From: Bacillota bacterium
Lineage (GTDB): Bacteria; Bacillota; Sulfobacillia; JAMDAP01; JAJYMS01
Assembly: GCA_021786825.1 (NCBI GenBank)
Contig: JAJYMS010000178.1
Coordinates: forward strand, 4,570 to 28,569
Direction of reading: 5' to 3'
Length of the DNA stretch: 24,000 nt
The notes under the pieces were generated by a model that did not search any database, was not told the DNA's origin, and saw nothing but the letters and a program-made list of their open reading frames with translations. Position numbers and translations under genes: made by a program. Position 1 is the stretch's first letter. Each line of letters starts with the position of its first letter. Below, piece after piece: positions 15,436 to 23,428 of this stretch.

Positions 15436-15558
15436 GGGTTAAGGGAAAACCCTCAAGACCCTTCAGGAAAATCCCCTACAAAACTCGGGCAAGAATTCCG
15501 GGTGTATTCCCGATATTCACCCGCAGGCGCCCGTGGCACTATGAAACCAGGATTTCAT
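15436..15558 (+). promoter_or_regulatory. AT-enriched control region upstream of the ttrB-like gene, with repeated motifs
   Basis: GGAAAACCC (15444-15452) and GGAAAATCC (15466-15474) lie 22 bp apart. ATTCC/ATTCC/ATTCA repeats are at 15495, 15506 and 15514. A perfect inverted repeat ATGAAA-N6-TTTCAT spans 15541-15558, just upstream of the RBS GGGGAGGAG (15569-15577). No confident -35/-10 pair was identified. Confidence 0.3.
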
Positions 15559-15581
15559 TTAGCTGCACGGGGAGGAGCCCG

Positions 15582-16487
15582 ATGAAAAACGTCAAGGAGA
15601 GCCCCGAAGAGAGCCTGCCGAGTGCACCTGGTGGCACGGACCGGCGGCAGTTCCTGGCCAAGGCGGCGTCGGCCGTCTTTGCCGGACTGGTGTTGGGGGG
15701 GGTCAGGGTGTCCGCCCAGAGCGGCGCTTCGCCGTCGACGGTCATCCCGAGCCCCCCGATTCCTTTTGGCGTTCCGGCCGCCGCTGAAGAGGACGTGCTC
15801 TTGCGCATGCAGCGAGATCTCCAGCGGGCGCTGCAAAAACCACTGGAACAGCGGCGCTGGGGGATGGTGATCGACACTCGCAAGTGCGTCGGCTGCTCGT
15901 CCTGCACCGTGGGATGCGTCATGGAGAACAAGCTGCCCCCGGGAGTGGTGTATCGCCCTGTGATCGACCAGGAGACCGGCGAGTACCCCAACGTGGGCCG
16001 CAAGTTCTTGCCTCGCCCTTGCATGCAGTGTGCCAAGCCGCCCTGCACCGAGGCCTGCCCGGTGGGGGCGACCTACGCGCGGGGAGACGGGATTGTGGTC
16101 ATTGACTACGAAGCCTGCATCGGTTGCCGTTATTGCCTGAGCGCCTGCCCGTACCAGGCCCGGACCTTTGATTTCGGCGAGTACTGGACCGATACGGCCC
16201 CCAGTCAGAGCCCGGTGGACCACCTGGCCAGCTTCGAGTACGGCAAGCACTGGGTACGCAAGGGGGAGCGGAGCCCCGTCGGCAACGCCCGCAAGTGCCA
16301 GTTTTGCTTGCACCGGGTGGACCAGGGGATGCTCCCGATGTGCGCGAGTACCTGCCTGGGGCGGGCTACCTTTTTTGGCGACCTCAACGACCCCAAGAGC
16401 CGGGTCTCCGAGTTACTGACCCGCAACAACGAGATGCGTCTGAAAGAAGAATTGGGCACCCAACCAAAGGTCTACTACCTGGTCTAG
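15582..16487 (+). CDS. ttrB: Tat-exported 4x[4Fe-4S] electron-transfer subunit of a molybdopterin oxidoreductase (TtrB/PsrB/NrfC-like)
   Basis: ATG 15582 follows GGGGAGGAG. Twin-arginine motif [11 protein letters not shown] plus a hydrophobic segment. Ferredoxin motifs [37 protein letters not shown], and CQFC...CASTC. The gene symbol reflects the B-C-A gene order and TtrA-like partner; the substrate is unproven. Confidence 0.75.
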   Translation: MKNVKESPEESLPSAPGGTDRRQFLAKAASAVFAGLVLGGVRVSAQSGASPSTVIPSPPIPFGVPAAAEEDVLLRMQRDLQRALQKPLEQRRWGMVIDTRKCVGCSSCTVGCVMENKLPPGVVYRPVIDQETGEYPNVGRKFLPRPCMQCAKPPCTEACPVGATYARGDGIVVIDYEACIGCRYCLSACPYQARTFDFGEYWTDTAPSQSPVDHLASFEYGKHWVRKGERSPVGNARKCQFCLHRVDQGMLPMCASTCLGRATFFGDLNDPKSRVSELLTRNNEMRLKEELGTQPKVYYLV

Positions 16488-16515
16488 CGCTCAAGGCGCG
16501 CGAAGGAGGCTTGAC

Positions 16516-17706
16516 ATGAAATCCAGTCGCTGGTTGTTCGGATTGATCTGGCTGGCCGGCCTGGTCTTGGGCGTGGTAGGCGTCGCGGAGCGGTTGCTGG
16601 ACGGCCACCGCCTGGCGGGCTACACCAGCTACGTGCCCTGGGGAATCTGGGTGGCGGCCTACATCTACTTCATCGGGCTCTGGGCCGGAGCGTTCTTCCT
16701 TTCCAGTCTGATCTACGTCTTTGACCTGCGCCGGTTGGAGCAAATCGGCAAACTGGCGCTCTTCACCGCGATTACCACCCTGTTCATGGCCCTGCTGAGC
16801 ATCTGGTTCGACCTGGGGCACCTGGAGCGCTTTTACTCCGTCTTCACCCGGCCCAACTTCAAGTCGATGATGGCGTGGATGGTGTGGCTCTACACGGCCT
16901 ACTTCCTCCTGCTGCTGGTGGAGACCTACTACGCCCTGCGCGGCGACCGTGGGCCCCTGAAGGTGCTGGGGATCATCGGCATCCCCCTGGCGATCGCCTT
17001 CCACGGGGGGGTCGGGGCGCTGTTTGCCACCCTGATCGCCCGGGAATATTGGCACAGCGCCATCTACCCGATCCTGTTCTTGACCGGTGCGCTCATGTCC
17101 GGCGGAGCGCTGATGACCGCATTGGTGGCTTTCTTCTGGCCCCGCCGCAACCCTGCCTGGGCGGACCTGGTGCAGTTGCTGGGGCGGGTGACCCTGGGTC
17201 TGCTGATGTTGGATGTGCTGCTGGAGTGGGCCGAATTCTCGATCCCGATGTGGTACCGAGTCGGATCGGAGTACGTACTGATGAAGAACGTGCTGTTTGG
17301 CTCCCACTGGTACGTCTTTTGGATCGTCCACGGGCTGCTGGGCGTGGCGGTGCCGGTGGCCTTGTTGATTACAGCCCCGCGCCGGCCGCTGGCCGTGGGA
17401 GCGGCGGCGGCGCTGGCGGCGGTCACCTTCTTCGCCGTGCGTTTGAACCTCGTGATCCCGGGCCTGATCACCCCGCAACTGCAGGGGCTGCAGACCGCCT
17501 ATCAGAGCCACCGGCTGAGCTACCAGTACACGCCGACCGTGTTTGAATGGCAGGTCCTGCTTTTCGTAGTGGTACTGGGGATCGGCGTGTTCTATCTCGG
17601 GTACCGCCATCTGCCGCTGACTGCCGGGCCGGCAGAAAGCGAACTGGGCCGTCCGGTCAGGCACCCCGACGCAATCAGCCACTCCCTCGACGCGGGTGGG
17701 GAGTAA
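16516..17706 (+). CDS. ttrC: NrfD/PsrC/TtrC-family integral membrane quinol-interacting subunit
   Basis: Strong RBS GAAGGAGG 6 nt upstream. Roughly 9-10 hydrophobic helices. The NrfD-family N-terminal signature is present (YVPWGIWVAAYIYFIGLWAGAFFLSS). It sits between the FeS and catalytic subunit genes. Confidence 0.8.
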   Translation: MKSSRWLFGLIWLAGLVLGVVGVAERLLDGHRLAGYTSYVPWGIWVAAYIYFIGLWAGAFFLSSLIYVFDLRRLEQIGKLALFTAITTLFMALLSIWFDLGHLERFYSVFTRPNFKSMMAWMVWLYTAYFLLLLVETYYALRGDRGPLKVLGIIGIPLAIAFHGGVGALFATLIAREYWHSAIYPILFLTGALMSGGALMTALVAFFWPRRNPAWADLVQLLGRVTLGLLMLDVLLEWAEFSIPMWYRVGSEYVLMKNVLFGSHWYVFWIVHGLLGVAVPVALLITAPRRPLAVGAAAALAAVTFFAVRLNLVIPGLITPQLQGLQTAYQSHRLSYQYTPTVFEWQVLLFVVVLGIGVFYLGYRHLPLTAGPAESELGRPVRHPDAISHSLDAGGE

Positions 17707-17716
17707 GGAAGGGACG

Positions 17717-20700
17717 ATGGCCATGAAGAAGATAACTCGACGCGGGTTTGTCAAGGGGGGTGTTCTGGGCGGTGCGGCAGCGCTGTTGGGCGCCGAGGGG
17801 GAAAGGGTCCTGAGTTGGGTCGCGCAGGCGGGCGACAACGTGGCGCTGGCCAAGAACGCCTACACCCTGTCCCAGCCGGAGAGCGTAATCTACTCGAGCT
17901 GTTTGCAGTGTAACACCCAGTGCACGATCAAGACCAAGATCCAGGACGGCATCCTGGCGAAAATCGACGGCAACCCGTACAGCCCGGTAAATATGCAGCC
18001 CCAGGTGAGCTACGCCCTGGGCCTGGCGGACGCCGCCCGGATCGACGGACACATTTGTCCCAAGGGACAGGGCGGGGTACAGACGCAGTACGACCCCTAC
18101 CGCATCCGCAAGGTCCTGAAACGCGCCGGTCCGCGCGGGAGCGGCAAATGGAAGGTGATCCCCTTCGCCCAGGCGATCACCGAGATTACCCAGGGGGGCA
18201 AGCTCTTCGCCGATCTCGGCGAAGACCGCGTGGTGCCCGGTTTCGAAGACGTCTTCGTCCTGCGCGACGCCAAGCTGGCCAAGGACCTGGACGCCGACGT
18301 CAAGGCCGTCCGGGCCAAGCGGATGACCGTGGCCGAGTTCAAATCCCGGCACGCCGTTCACCTCGACGTGCTGATCGATCCAGATCATCCCGACATCGGT
18401 TCCAAGAACAACCAGTTTGTCTTTCAGGCCGGGCGCATCGAACCCGGGCGGAGCGATTTCTCCAAGCGGTTCGTGAACAGCGCCCTGGGGTCGGTCAACT
18501 GGTACGCCCACACTACTATCTGCGAGCAGGCCCACCACGTCGCTTTCAAGTACTCTACGGCCCAGTGGACCGGGAAGGGTTGGGCGACCGGCACGGCGCA
18601 CATGAAGCCGGACTTCGGGAACGCCGAGTTTGTGATCTTCTGGGGCACCGGGGCCTTTGAGGCCAACTTTGGCCCCACCCCCATGGGTCCCCAGGTGGCG
18701 CAGGCCCTCGTCGACCGGGGGATGAAGCTCGCGGTCATCGATCCGCGCTTCTCCAAGACGGCGGCCAAGGGCTGGTGGATCCCGGTGCGGCCGGGCGGCG
18801 GCGGCGACAACGCCCTGGCCATGGCCATGATCCGCTGGATCATCGAGAACAAGCGTTACGACGCCAAGTTCCTGTCCATCGCCAACAAGGCGGCGGCCAA
18901 GGCGGCGGGCGAGCAATCCTGGACCAGCGCGAGTTGGCTGGTGAACGCGGACACCGGAGCCTTCCTGCGTGCCGCCGAGGTCGGCGTGGGCTCCAAGGAG
19001 CAGTTTGTGGCCCTGGTGGCCGGCAAGCCCGTGGCGGTGGATCCAAACAACGATAAGACGCCAGTGGTCGGCGACCTGGACGTGGAGATCAAACTGGGCG
19101 TGGAGCCCAAGCCGGGCGTGGCGGGCAAGCCCGGCGCGGTCGCGGCCAAGAGCAGCTTCCGGATCCTCAAGGAGGAGGCCCTGCGCCATGGGCTTGACTT
19201 CTATGCCAGGACCGCCGGCCTGGAGGAAGAAACCATGGCCGCGCTGGCCCGCGAGTTCACCAGCCACGGCAAGCGGGCGGCGATCGATTTCTACCGCGGA
19301 CCGATCAAACACACCAACGGCTACTACACCGGCCAGGCGATCGTCACCTTGAATACCCTGATCGGCAACGCCGACTGGAAAGGCGGCCTTAGCCCCGGCG
19401 GGGGTGCCTACGACGCCTTGGGCGGCAAGCCTGGTCAACCCTTCAACCTGGGCGCGATGCATCCCGGAAAACTTGTGGCCTTCGGGGTGAAACTCACCCG
19501 GGAGTCCAGCGGAGCCTACGAAACCTCCACCCTGTTCCGGGGCTACCCCGCCAAGCGCCCCTGGTTCCCCTTCACCGATGACGTGTTCCAGGAGATCATC
19601 CCCGCCGCCAACGCCCAGTATCCCTACCCCATCAAGATCCTGTGGCTGCATAAAGGCGCCCCGGTAATGACCACTCCGGCGGGCCACCTGCAGATCAAGA
19701 TGCTGCAGGATACCGCCAGGATCCCGCTGTTCATCGCCGATGACATCGTGGTGGGTGAGACCTCCATGTATGCCGACTACCTGTTCCCTGACCTCACCTA
19801 CCTGGAGCGCTGGGCCTTCCTGGGGGCCACGCCCGTGACCTACGTCAAGACGATGAAGTTCCGCCAGCCGGCGGCCGCCCCCGTTCCCGAGATCGTCGAC
19901 GTGCAGGGCGAGCCAATGCCCCTCTCGATGGAGGCGATCATGATTGCCATCGCCCGCCAGTTACGCCTCTCCGGCTTCGGCAAGGACGGCTTCGGCCCCG
20001 GCAGGGACCTCTCTCGTCCGGAGGACTATTACTTGAAGGCCGCGGCCAACCTGGCCTTCGGCGACAAGGAGGGCGAGGCGGTGCCCGATGCCGACGAGGC
20101 GGAACTCACCACTTTCCGGCAGGCCCGGCGGCACCTGCCTCCGGCGGTCTTCGACGAAGCCGGATGGCAGCGGGCGGTAGGGCCGTGGTGGCGCAAGGTG
20201 GTTTACGTGCTCAACCGCGGCGGGCGCTTTGAAGACCCGAACGCCGCCTACCACGGCCAGTTCATGGGTCACCCCTGGGGCAAGCAGTTGAACCTCTACG
20301 TGGAGCCGGTGGGCACCGCCAACCACTCCATCACCGGGCAGCGCCTCTCGGGGGTCGCTCATTTCGAGACCCTCCGCTACCTGGATGGCTCTCCGGTGGA
20401 CGGCGGCACCTACGACCTGGACCTCTTTAGCTTCAAGGAGGTCTTCGGCACCCAATCCCGGACCGTTTCCAACTACGCGTCGCAGTTGGCGCTGCTGCCC
20501 GAGAACTTCGTCCTGATGAGCAAGCAGGACGTTTCGCGGCTGGGCCTGCGGGAAGGGAACGTGGTGCTGGTCACCTCTCCCGGCTTTGACGGCAGCTTCG
20601 ACCTGGGCAACGGGCAGAAGGTCTTCGTCCAGGGCAAGGTTAAGTCCCTGAGCGGTATCCGCCCGGGGAGCGTGGCGATCTCAATCAGCTATGGCCACTG

Positions 20701-20911
20701 GGCCTATGGTTCGCGGGACGTGACAATCGATGGGCAGGTGATCAAGGGTGAGGCCAAGCGAGGCCAGGGCCTCTGCCCCAACCCGGCGATGACCGTCGAT
20801 CACTATCTGAAGGACATCGCCATGACCGACCCGATCGCCGGCGACGCCGCGTTTTCCGGCACCCGGGTGCGCCTGGTGAAGGTGGCGGGTCCATTGGCGG
20901 CAGGCCATTAG
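17717..20911 (+). CDS. ttrA: Tat-exported molybdopterin (bis-MGD) oxidoreductase catalytic subunit, TtrA-like (tetrathionate reductase / SrdA clade)
   Basis: Tat motif KKITRRGFVKGG. N-terminal FeS motif CLQCNTQC...CPKG. The ~1064-aa length is typical of TtrA rather than the ~750-aa PsrA/PhsA. Segments resemble my recollection of Salmonella TtrA (GNPYSPVN; DNALAMAMIRWIIENKRYDAKFL...AGEQSWTSASWLV versus DSALAMGMIRWIMDNQRYNADYL...AGEQSWTNATHLV). Start is ATG 17717 or 17723; the track start at 17696 is a GTG overlapping ttrC. Confidence 0.8.
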   Translation: MAMKKITRRGFVKGGVLGGAAALLGAEGERVLSWVAQAGDNVALAKNAYTLSQPESVIYSSCLQCNTQCTIKTKIQDGILAKIDGNPYSPVNMQPQVSYALGLADAARIDGHICPKGQGGVQTQYDPYRIRKVLKRAGPRGSGKWKVIPFAQAITEITQGGKLFADLGEDRVVPGFEDVFVLRDAKLAKDLDADVKAVRAKRMTVAEFKSRHAVHLDVLIDPDHPDIGSKNNQFVFQAGRIEPGRSDFSKRFVNSALGSVNWYAHTTICEQAHHVAFKYSTAQWTGKGWATGTAHMKPDFGNAEFVIFWGTGAFEANFGPTPMGPQVAQALVDRGMKLAVIDPRFSKTAAKGWWIPVRPGGGGDNALAMAMIRWIIENKRYDAKFLSIANKAAAKAAGEQSWTSASWLVNADTGAFLRAAEVGVGSKEQFVALVAGKPVAVDPNNDKTPVVGDLDVEIKLGVEPKPGVAGKPGAVAAKSSFRILKEEALRHGLDFYARTAGLEEETMAALAREFTSHGKRAAIDFYRGPIKHTNGYYTGQAIVTLNTLIGNADWKGGLSPGGGAYDALGGKPGQPFNLGAMHPGKLVAFGVKLTRESSGAYETSTLFRGYPAKRPWFPFTDDVFQEIIPAANAQYPYPIKILWLHKGAPVMTTPAGHLQIKMLQDTARIPLFIADDIVVGETSMYADYLFPDLTYLERWAFLGATPVTYVKTMKFRQPAAAPVPEIVDVQGEPMPLSMEAIMIAIARQLRLSGFGKDGFGPGRDLSRPEDYYLKAAANLAFGDKEGEAVPDADEAELTTFRQARRHLPPAVFDEAGWQRAVGPWWRKVVYVLNRGGRFEDPNAAYHGQFMGHPWGKQLNLYVEPVGTANHSITGQRLSGVAHFETLRYLDGSPVDGGTYDLDLFSFKEVFGTQSRTVSNYASQLALLPENFVLMSKQDVSRLGLREGNVVLVTSPGFDGSFDLGNGQKVFVQGKVKSLSGIRPGSVAISISYGHWAYGSRDVTIDGQVIKGEAKRGQGLCPNPAMTVDHYLKDIAMTDPIAGDAAFSGTRVRLVKVAGPLAAGH

Positions 20912-20916
20912 CGGCA

Positions 20917-20955
20917 GGGGGTCCTCGCCGGCGAGGACCCCCAATTGCTTTTATT
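20917..20955. terminator. Bidirectional terminator hairpin between convergent operons
   Basis: GGGGGTCCTC (20917-20926), loop GCCGGC, GAGGACCCCC (20933-20942): a perfect 10-bp stem. It is followed on the plus strand by AATTGCTTTTATTTCTG. It lies between the ttrA-like stop (20911) and the minus-strand polyferredoxin stop (20951). Confidence 0.7.
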
Positions 20956-22174
20956 TCTGCCCTTGCGGCCACAGATGGTTGATCAAATCGATCCTGGTCT
21001 GACACTGGGCGCACAAGCTGCGTGGGGGGGAAAGCCTCCTTTGCCAGAGCGGTCCGCCGCATGCGCCGCACCGACCGGGTTCGAAGCCGGCCGCCAGCAC
21101 CGGAGCATCCGCCGTCGGCGGAAGGTTCCGTGCCGGCCTGACAGCAATCGCGCGCCGGGGACAAGCCCGGGCACAGGTGCCGCAGTTGAGGCAGTAGCCA
21201 GGGCGGTGCCACAGGTTCAGCGAACCATTTTCTGCTTCGAGCTTGCTCAGGGCGCCGGTGGGACAGACCAGGGCGCAGACCCCGCAGGCGTCGCATTGGC
21301 CGGAGAGATCCACCTGGCCGAAGAAATCGGACGTTGCACCTTCCTGTTGCCAGGGCTCCCAGGAGCGGTTGTGAGCGGCCAGGAACGGGCCAACAATCTC
21401 CAGCAAAACCCTTCGCTTGACTGGAACCGCGGGCGCAGGGGCCTCTTCGGATCGGGAAGGTCCGGGGACGAGCAGGGGCGGGAGTAGTTGGGCTCCCGCT
21501 TGCAGGGCGTTGCGTCCGAGCAAGGCCAGGAACTCCTTGCGGGAGGAGCCCCCCGACCGCTTGGGGGAGGTCGGGGGGTCGTCGGCCGGTGCGAGGGCTA
21601 TCTGTGCCTTCACCCCCAGGAAGTCCAGGATCGCTTGAGCCCTGCTCCGCGCCAGTTCCAGAGCCCGGCGGCAGTGCGGCGCAAACTCGCAAGTAGTGGC
21701 GCATCGATCATCGCTGACGACCAAATCCACCCGGCCTTGCAGTACGGCGGCACCGACCAGCACCGTCTCGTCCAGGCAACCCAGGCTCGGCAGCCGTGTT
21801 GCTTCGGTACTGGCCGCGGAACCAGCCAACGCTCGGCCGCCGGCGGTGGAGTCCTTGCGGCAGACAAAGCGCGCCTTTTGCCCGGCCTGCAAGGCACCCA
21901 GCAGGCGCCCGGGGGAGTATCCAGCAAGGGCGAAGGCTTCCGTGGGGCAGATTCCGGCGCAAATACCGCAGCCGGAGCACTTTTCCGGATCGACGGAGAC
22001 GGGGCTTGCCGGGGAGGGGGGCGAAAGGGTGATGATTCCCGCCGGGCAGTTGTCTGCGCAACGGCGGCAGGTGGCCCCCTTGCGGTTGGTGCGCAGGCAG
22101 CGCCGGGGATCAAAGCGCAGGGCCGGGGCCTCGTTCAGCTTTTCCAGCAGACGCCATAGCGACAAGGAGATCAT
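20951..22174 (-). CDS. Polyferredoxin-like protein: four [4Fe-4S]-type motifs, an unassigned central domain and a C-terminal CxxC...CxxC ribbon
   Basis: ATG at 22174 overlaps the upstream TGA (ATGA), and the resulting N-terminus is MISLSLWRLLEKL; the track start at 22348 adds an Arg/Pro/Gly-rich extension inside the chaperone gene. Motifs: C-x10-CRRCADNCP, CSGCGICAGICP, CDACGVCALVCP, CLNCGTCARACP, and a terminal CGACGG...CAQC. Confidence 0.7.
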   Translation of the reverse strand: MISLSLWRLLEKLNEAPALRFDPRRCLRTNRKGATCRRCADNCPAGIITLSPPSPASPVSVDPEKCSGCGICAGICPTEAFALAGYSPGRLLGALQAGQKARFVCRKDSTAGGRALAGSAASTEATRLPSLGCLDETVLVGAAVLQGRVDLVVSDDRCATTCEFAPHCRRALELARSRAQAILDFLGVKAQIALAPADDPPTSPKRSGGSSRKEFLALLGRNALQAGAQLLPPLLVPGPSRSEEAPAPAVPVKRRVLLEIVGPFLAAHNRSWEPWQQEGATSDFFGQVDLSGQCDACGVCALVCPTGALSKLEAENGSLNLWHRPGYCLNCGTCARACPRRAIAVRPARNLPPTADAPVLAAGFEPGRCGACGGPLWQRRLSPPRSLCAQCQTRIDLINHLWPQGQK

Positions 22175-22803
22175 CCTTCGGCGGCCAGCCGGTCGGCGTC
22201 CCGGCGCACGACCGCCGCGGCCAGGTCGATGATCGCCCGGTAGAAGAGGGGGATGCCATGGGCGCGGGCGTCGGCGGCCAGTCCGTCCAGCCAATCCAGA
22301 TGGTCCTGCAGGAATCGCAACTGGTCGGCTGGACTTCCCTTTTCGCACAGGAGGGCCATGAACTCCAGTTCCAGGGTCAGGTGGTCGGGCATGGCCTCGT
22401 AGCCGGCCGGCACTTGCAGTCCGCAGAGGCGGTAGAGTTCCTGCACATGCAGGGCGTGGTCGCTCATGAGGTAGCCCTTGCTACCGGCGATGGGGGCGTT
22501 GCCCCCGGGTTCGTCTGACCATCGGCGGTAGGTCGATTCGACCGGGACCACCCGCGGACCGACCGGCCGGGAGAAGGCGTCCCAGTGGGCTTGCCACAGG
22601 GCGTGGGGGGTGTCGGGCACCTCAGCCATTACCTGCATCTGGGGCCGCTGCGGGAGGTCCAGCGCGGTCAGGACCTGGTGGAGTTCCGCCTGCGCCTCAC
22701 CCCTTGCAAGGCGCCTGAAAAGGTCCTCGGTCGGTTCGGCGAGGAACTCTGCCAACAGGCGATACAGGGTGGCCCGGGCCCTACCGGCTGTTGAGCCGTT
22801 CAT
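22171..22803 (-). CDS. TorD/DmsD/NarJ-family redox enzyme maturation (Tat proofreading) chaperone
   Basis: About 210 aa, all-helical-looking, with a family-typical core (YRLLAEFLAEP, DHLTLELEFMALL, FLQDHLDWL). The context is between molybdoenzyme subunit genes. The RBS for ATG 22803 is weak, so the start is uncertain. Confidence 0.7.
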   Translation of the reverse strand: MNGSTAGRARATLYRLLAEFLAEPTEDLFRRLARGEAQAELHQVLTALDLPQRPQMQVMAEVPDTPHALWQAHWDAFSRPVGPRVVPVESTYRRWSDEPGGNAPIAGSKGYLMSDHALHVQELYRLCGLQVPAGYEAMPDHLTLELEFMALLCEKGSPADQLRFLQDHLDWLDGLAADARAHGIPLFYRAIIDLAAAVVRRDADRLAAEG

Positions 22804-23428
22804 ACCAAAGGGCGTGGTGCTCGCGAGCGAACCGCCGGGAGACGGTACCGCCCACCATTCCCCGGATCGATTCGCGGGAATTGGGGTGTAGCAGCGCCAG
22901 GTAGGCGTGGCCGATGATCACCGAGCCAAGCAGCAGGGCTCCGAGATCGTGCAACGGATACACCCAGGCCAGGGTCGCCTTGGAGAAATGGTCGCGGTAG
23001 AGCATGATCCAGCCGGTGGCGATCAGCAGCAGCGAACCGAAGAGGGTGAGCAAGGAATTCACCTTTTCCCCGGCGTTGAACTTCCCCTGCTTGGGCAACT
23101 CGGCCTTCAAGCCGAAGAATTCCCTGGGGAAGGCCGCCAGAAAGGCCAGGTCGTCCTTCGTCCAGGTCGCGATGGAGCGGAGCCATTCCCCGGTCTGCTT
23201 CGGGGCGGCAAGCACCAGGATGGCGGGGGTGAGGAAGGTGAAGGGCCAGGCCGTCCAATGGTGCAATTGGCCGGCAAGACGCAGTCCCGGAGGGCCGAGG
23301 AGATGGCCGGCGTTGCGAAAGACCAGCAGCAGACCGGTAAGGAGTAGGGTAACAAAGGCAACGGTGTGGCTCCAGTGGGCCAGTCGCTCGCCCAGGGTAA
23401 AGCGGAGAACGCGGTTAGCTTCTTTCAT
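22781..23428 (-). CDS. Membrane di-haem cytochrome b subunit (FdnI/PhsC, PF01292-like)
   Basis: Four to five TM helices with conserved His residues (ERLAHWSHTVAF, LHHWTAW, YPLHDLGALLLGSVIIGHAYLALLHP). ATG 23428 is preceded by AGGGG 8 nt upstream. The alternative start at 23458 would overlap the upstream gene by 44 nt. Confidence 0.8.
   Translation of the reverse strand: MKEANRVLRFTLGERLAHWSHTVAFVTLLLTGLLLVFRNAGHLLGPPGLRLAGQLHHWTAWPFTFLTPAILVLAAPKQTGEWLRSIATWTKDDLAFLAAFPREFFGLKAELPKQGKFNAGEKVNSLLTLFGSLLLIATGWIMLYRDHFSKATLAWVYPLHDLGALLLGSVIIGHAYLALLHPNSRESIRGMVGGTVSRRFAREHHALWYERLNSR

Noticed and set aside
17717-20911. Checked the large molybdoenzyme gene, and the FdnH-like gene, for in-frame TGA (selenocysteine) or frameshifts.
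   Set aside because: Both reading frames are uninterrupted and the aligned ligand position in the TtrA-like protein is a TGC Cys codon. There is no evidence for recoding or pseudogenisation.
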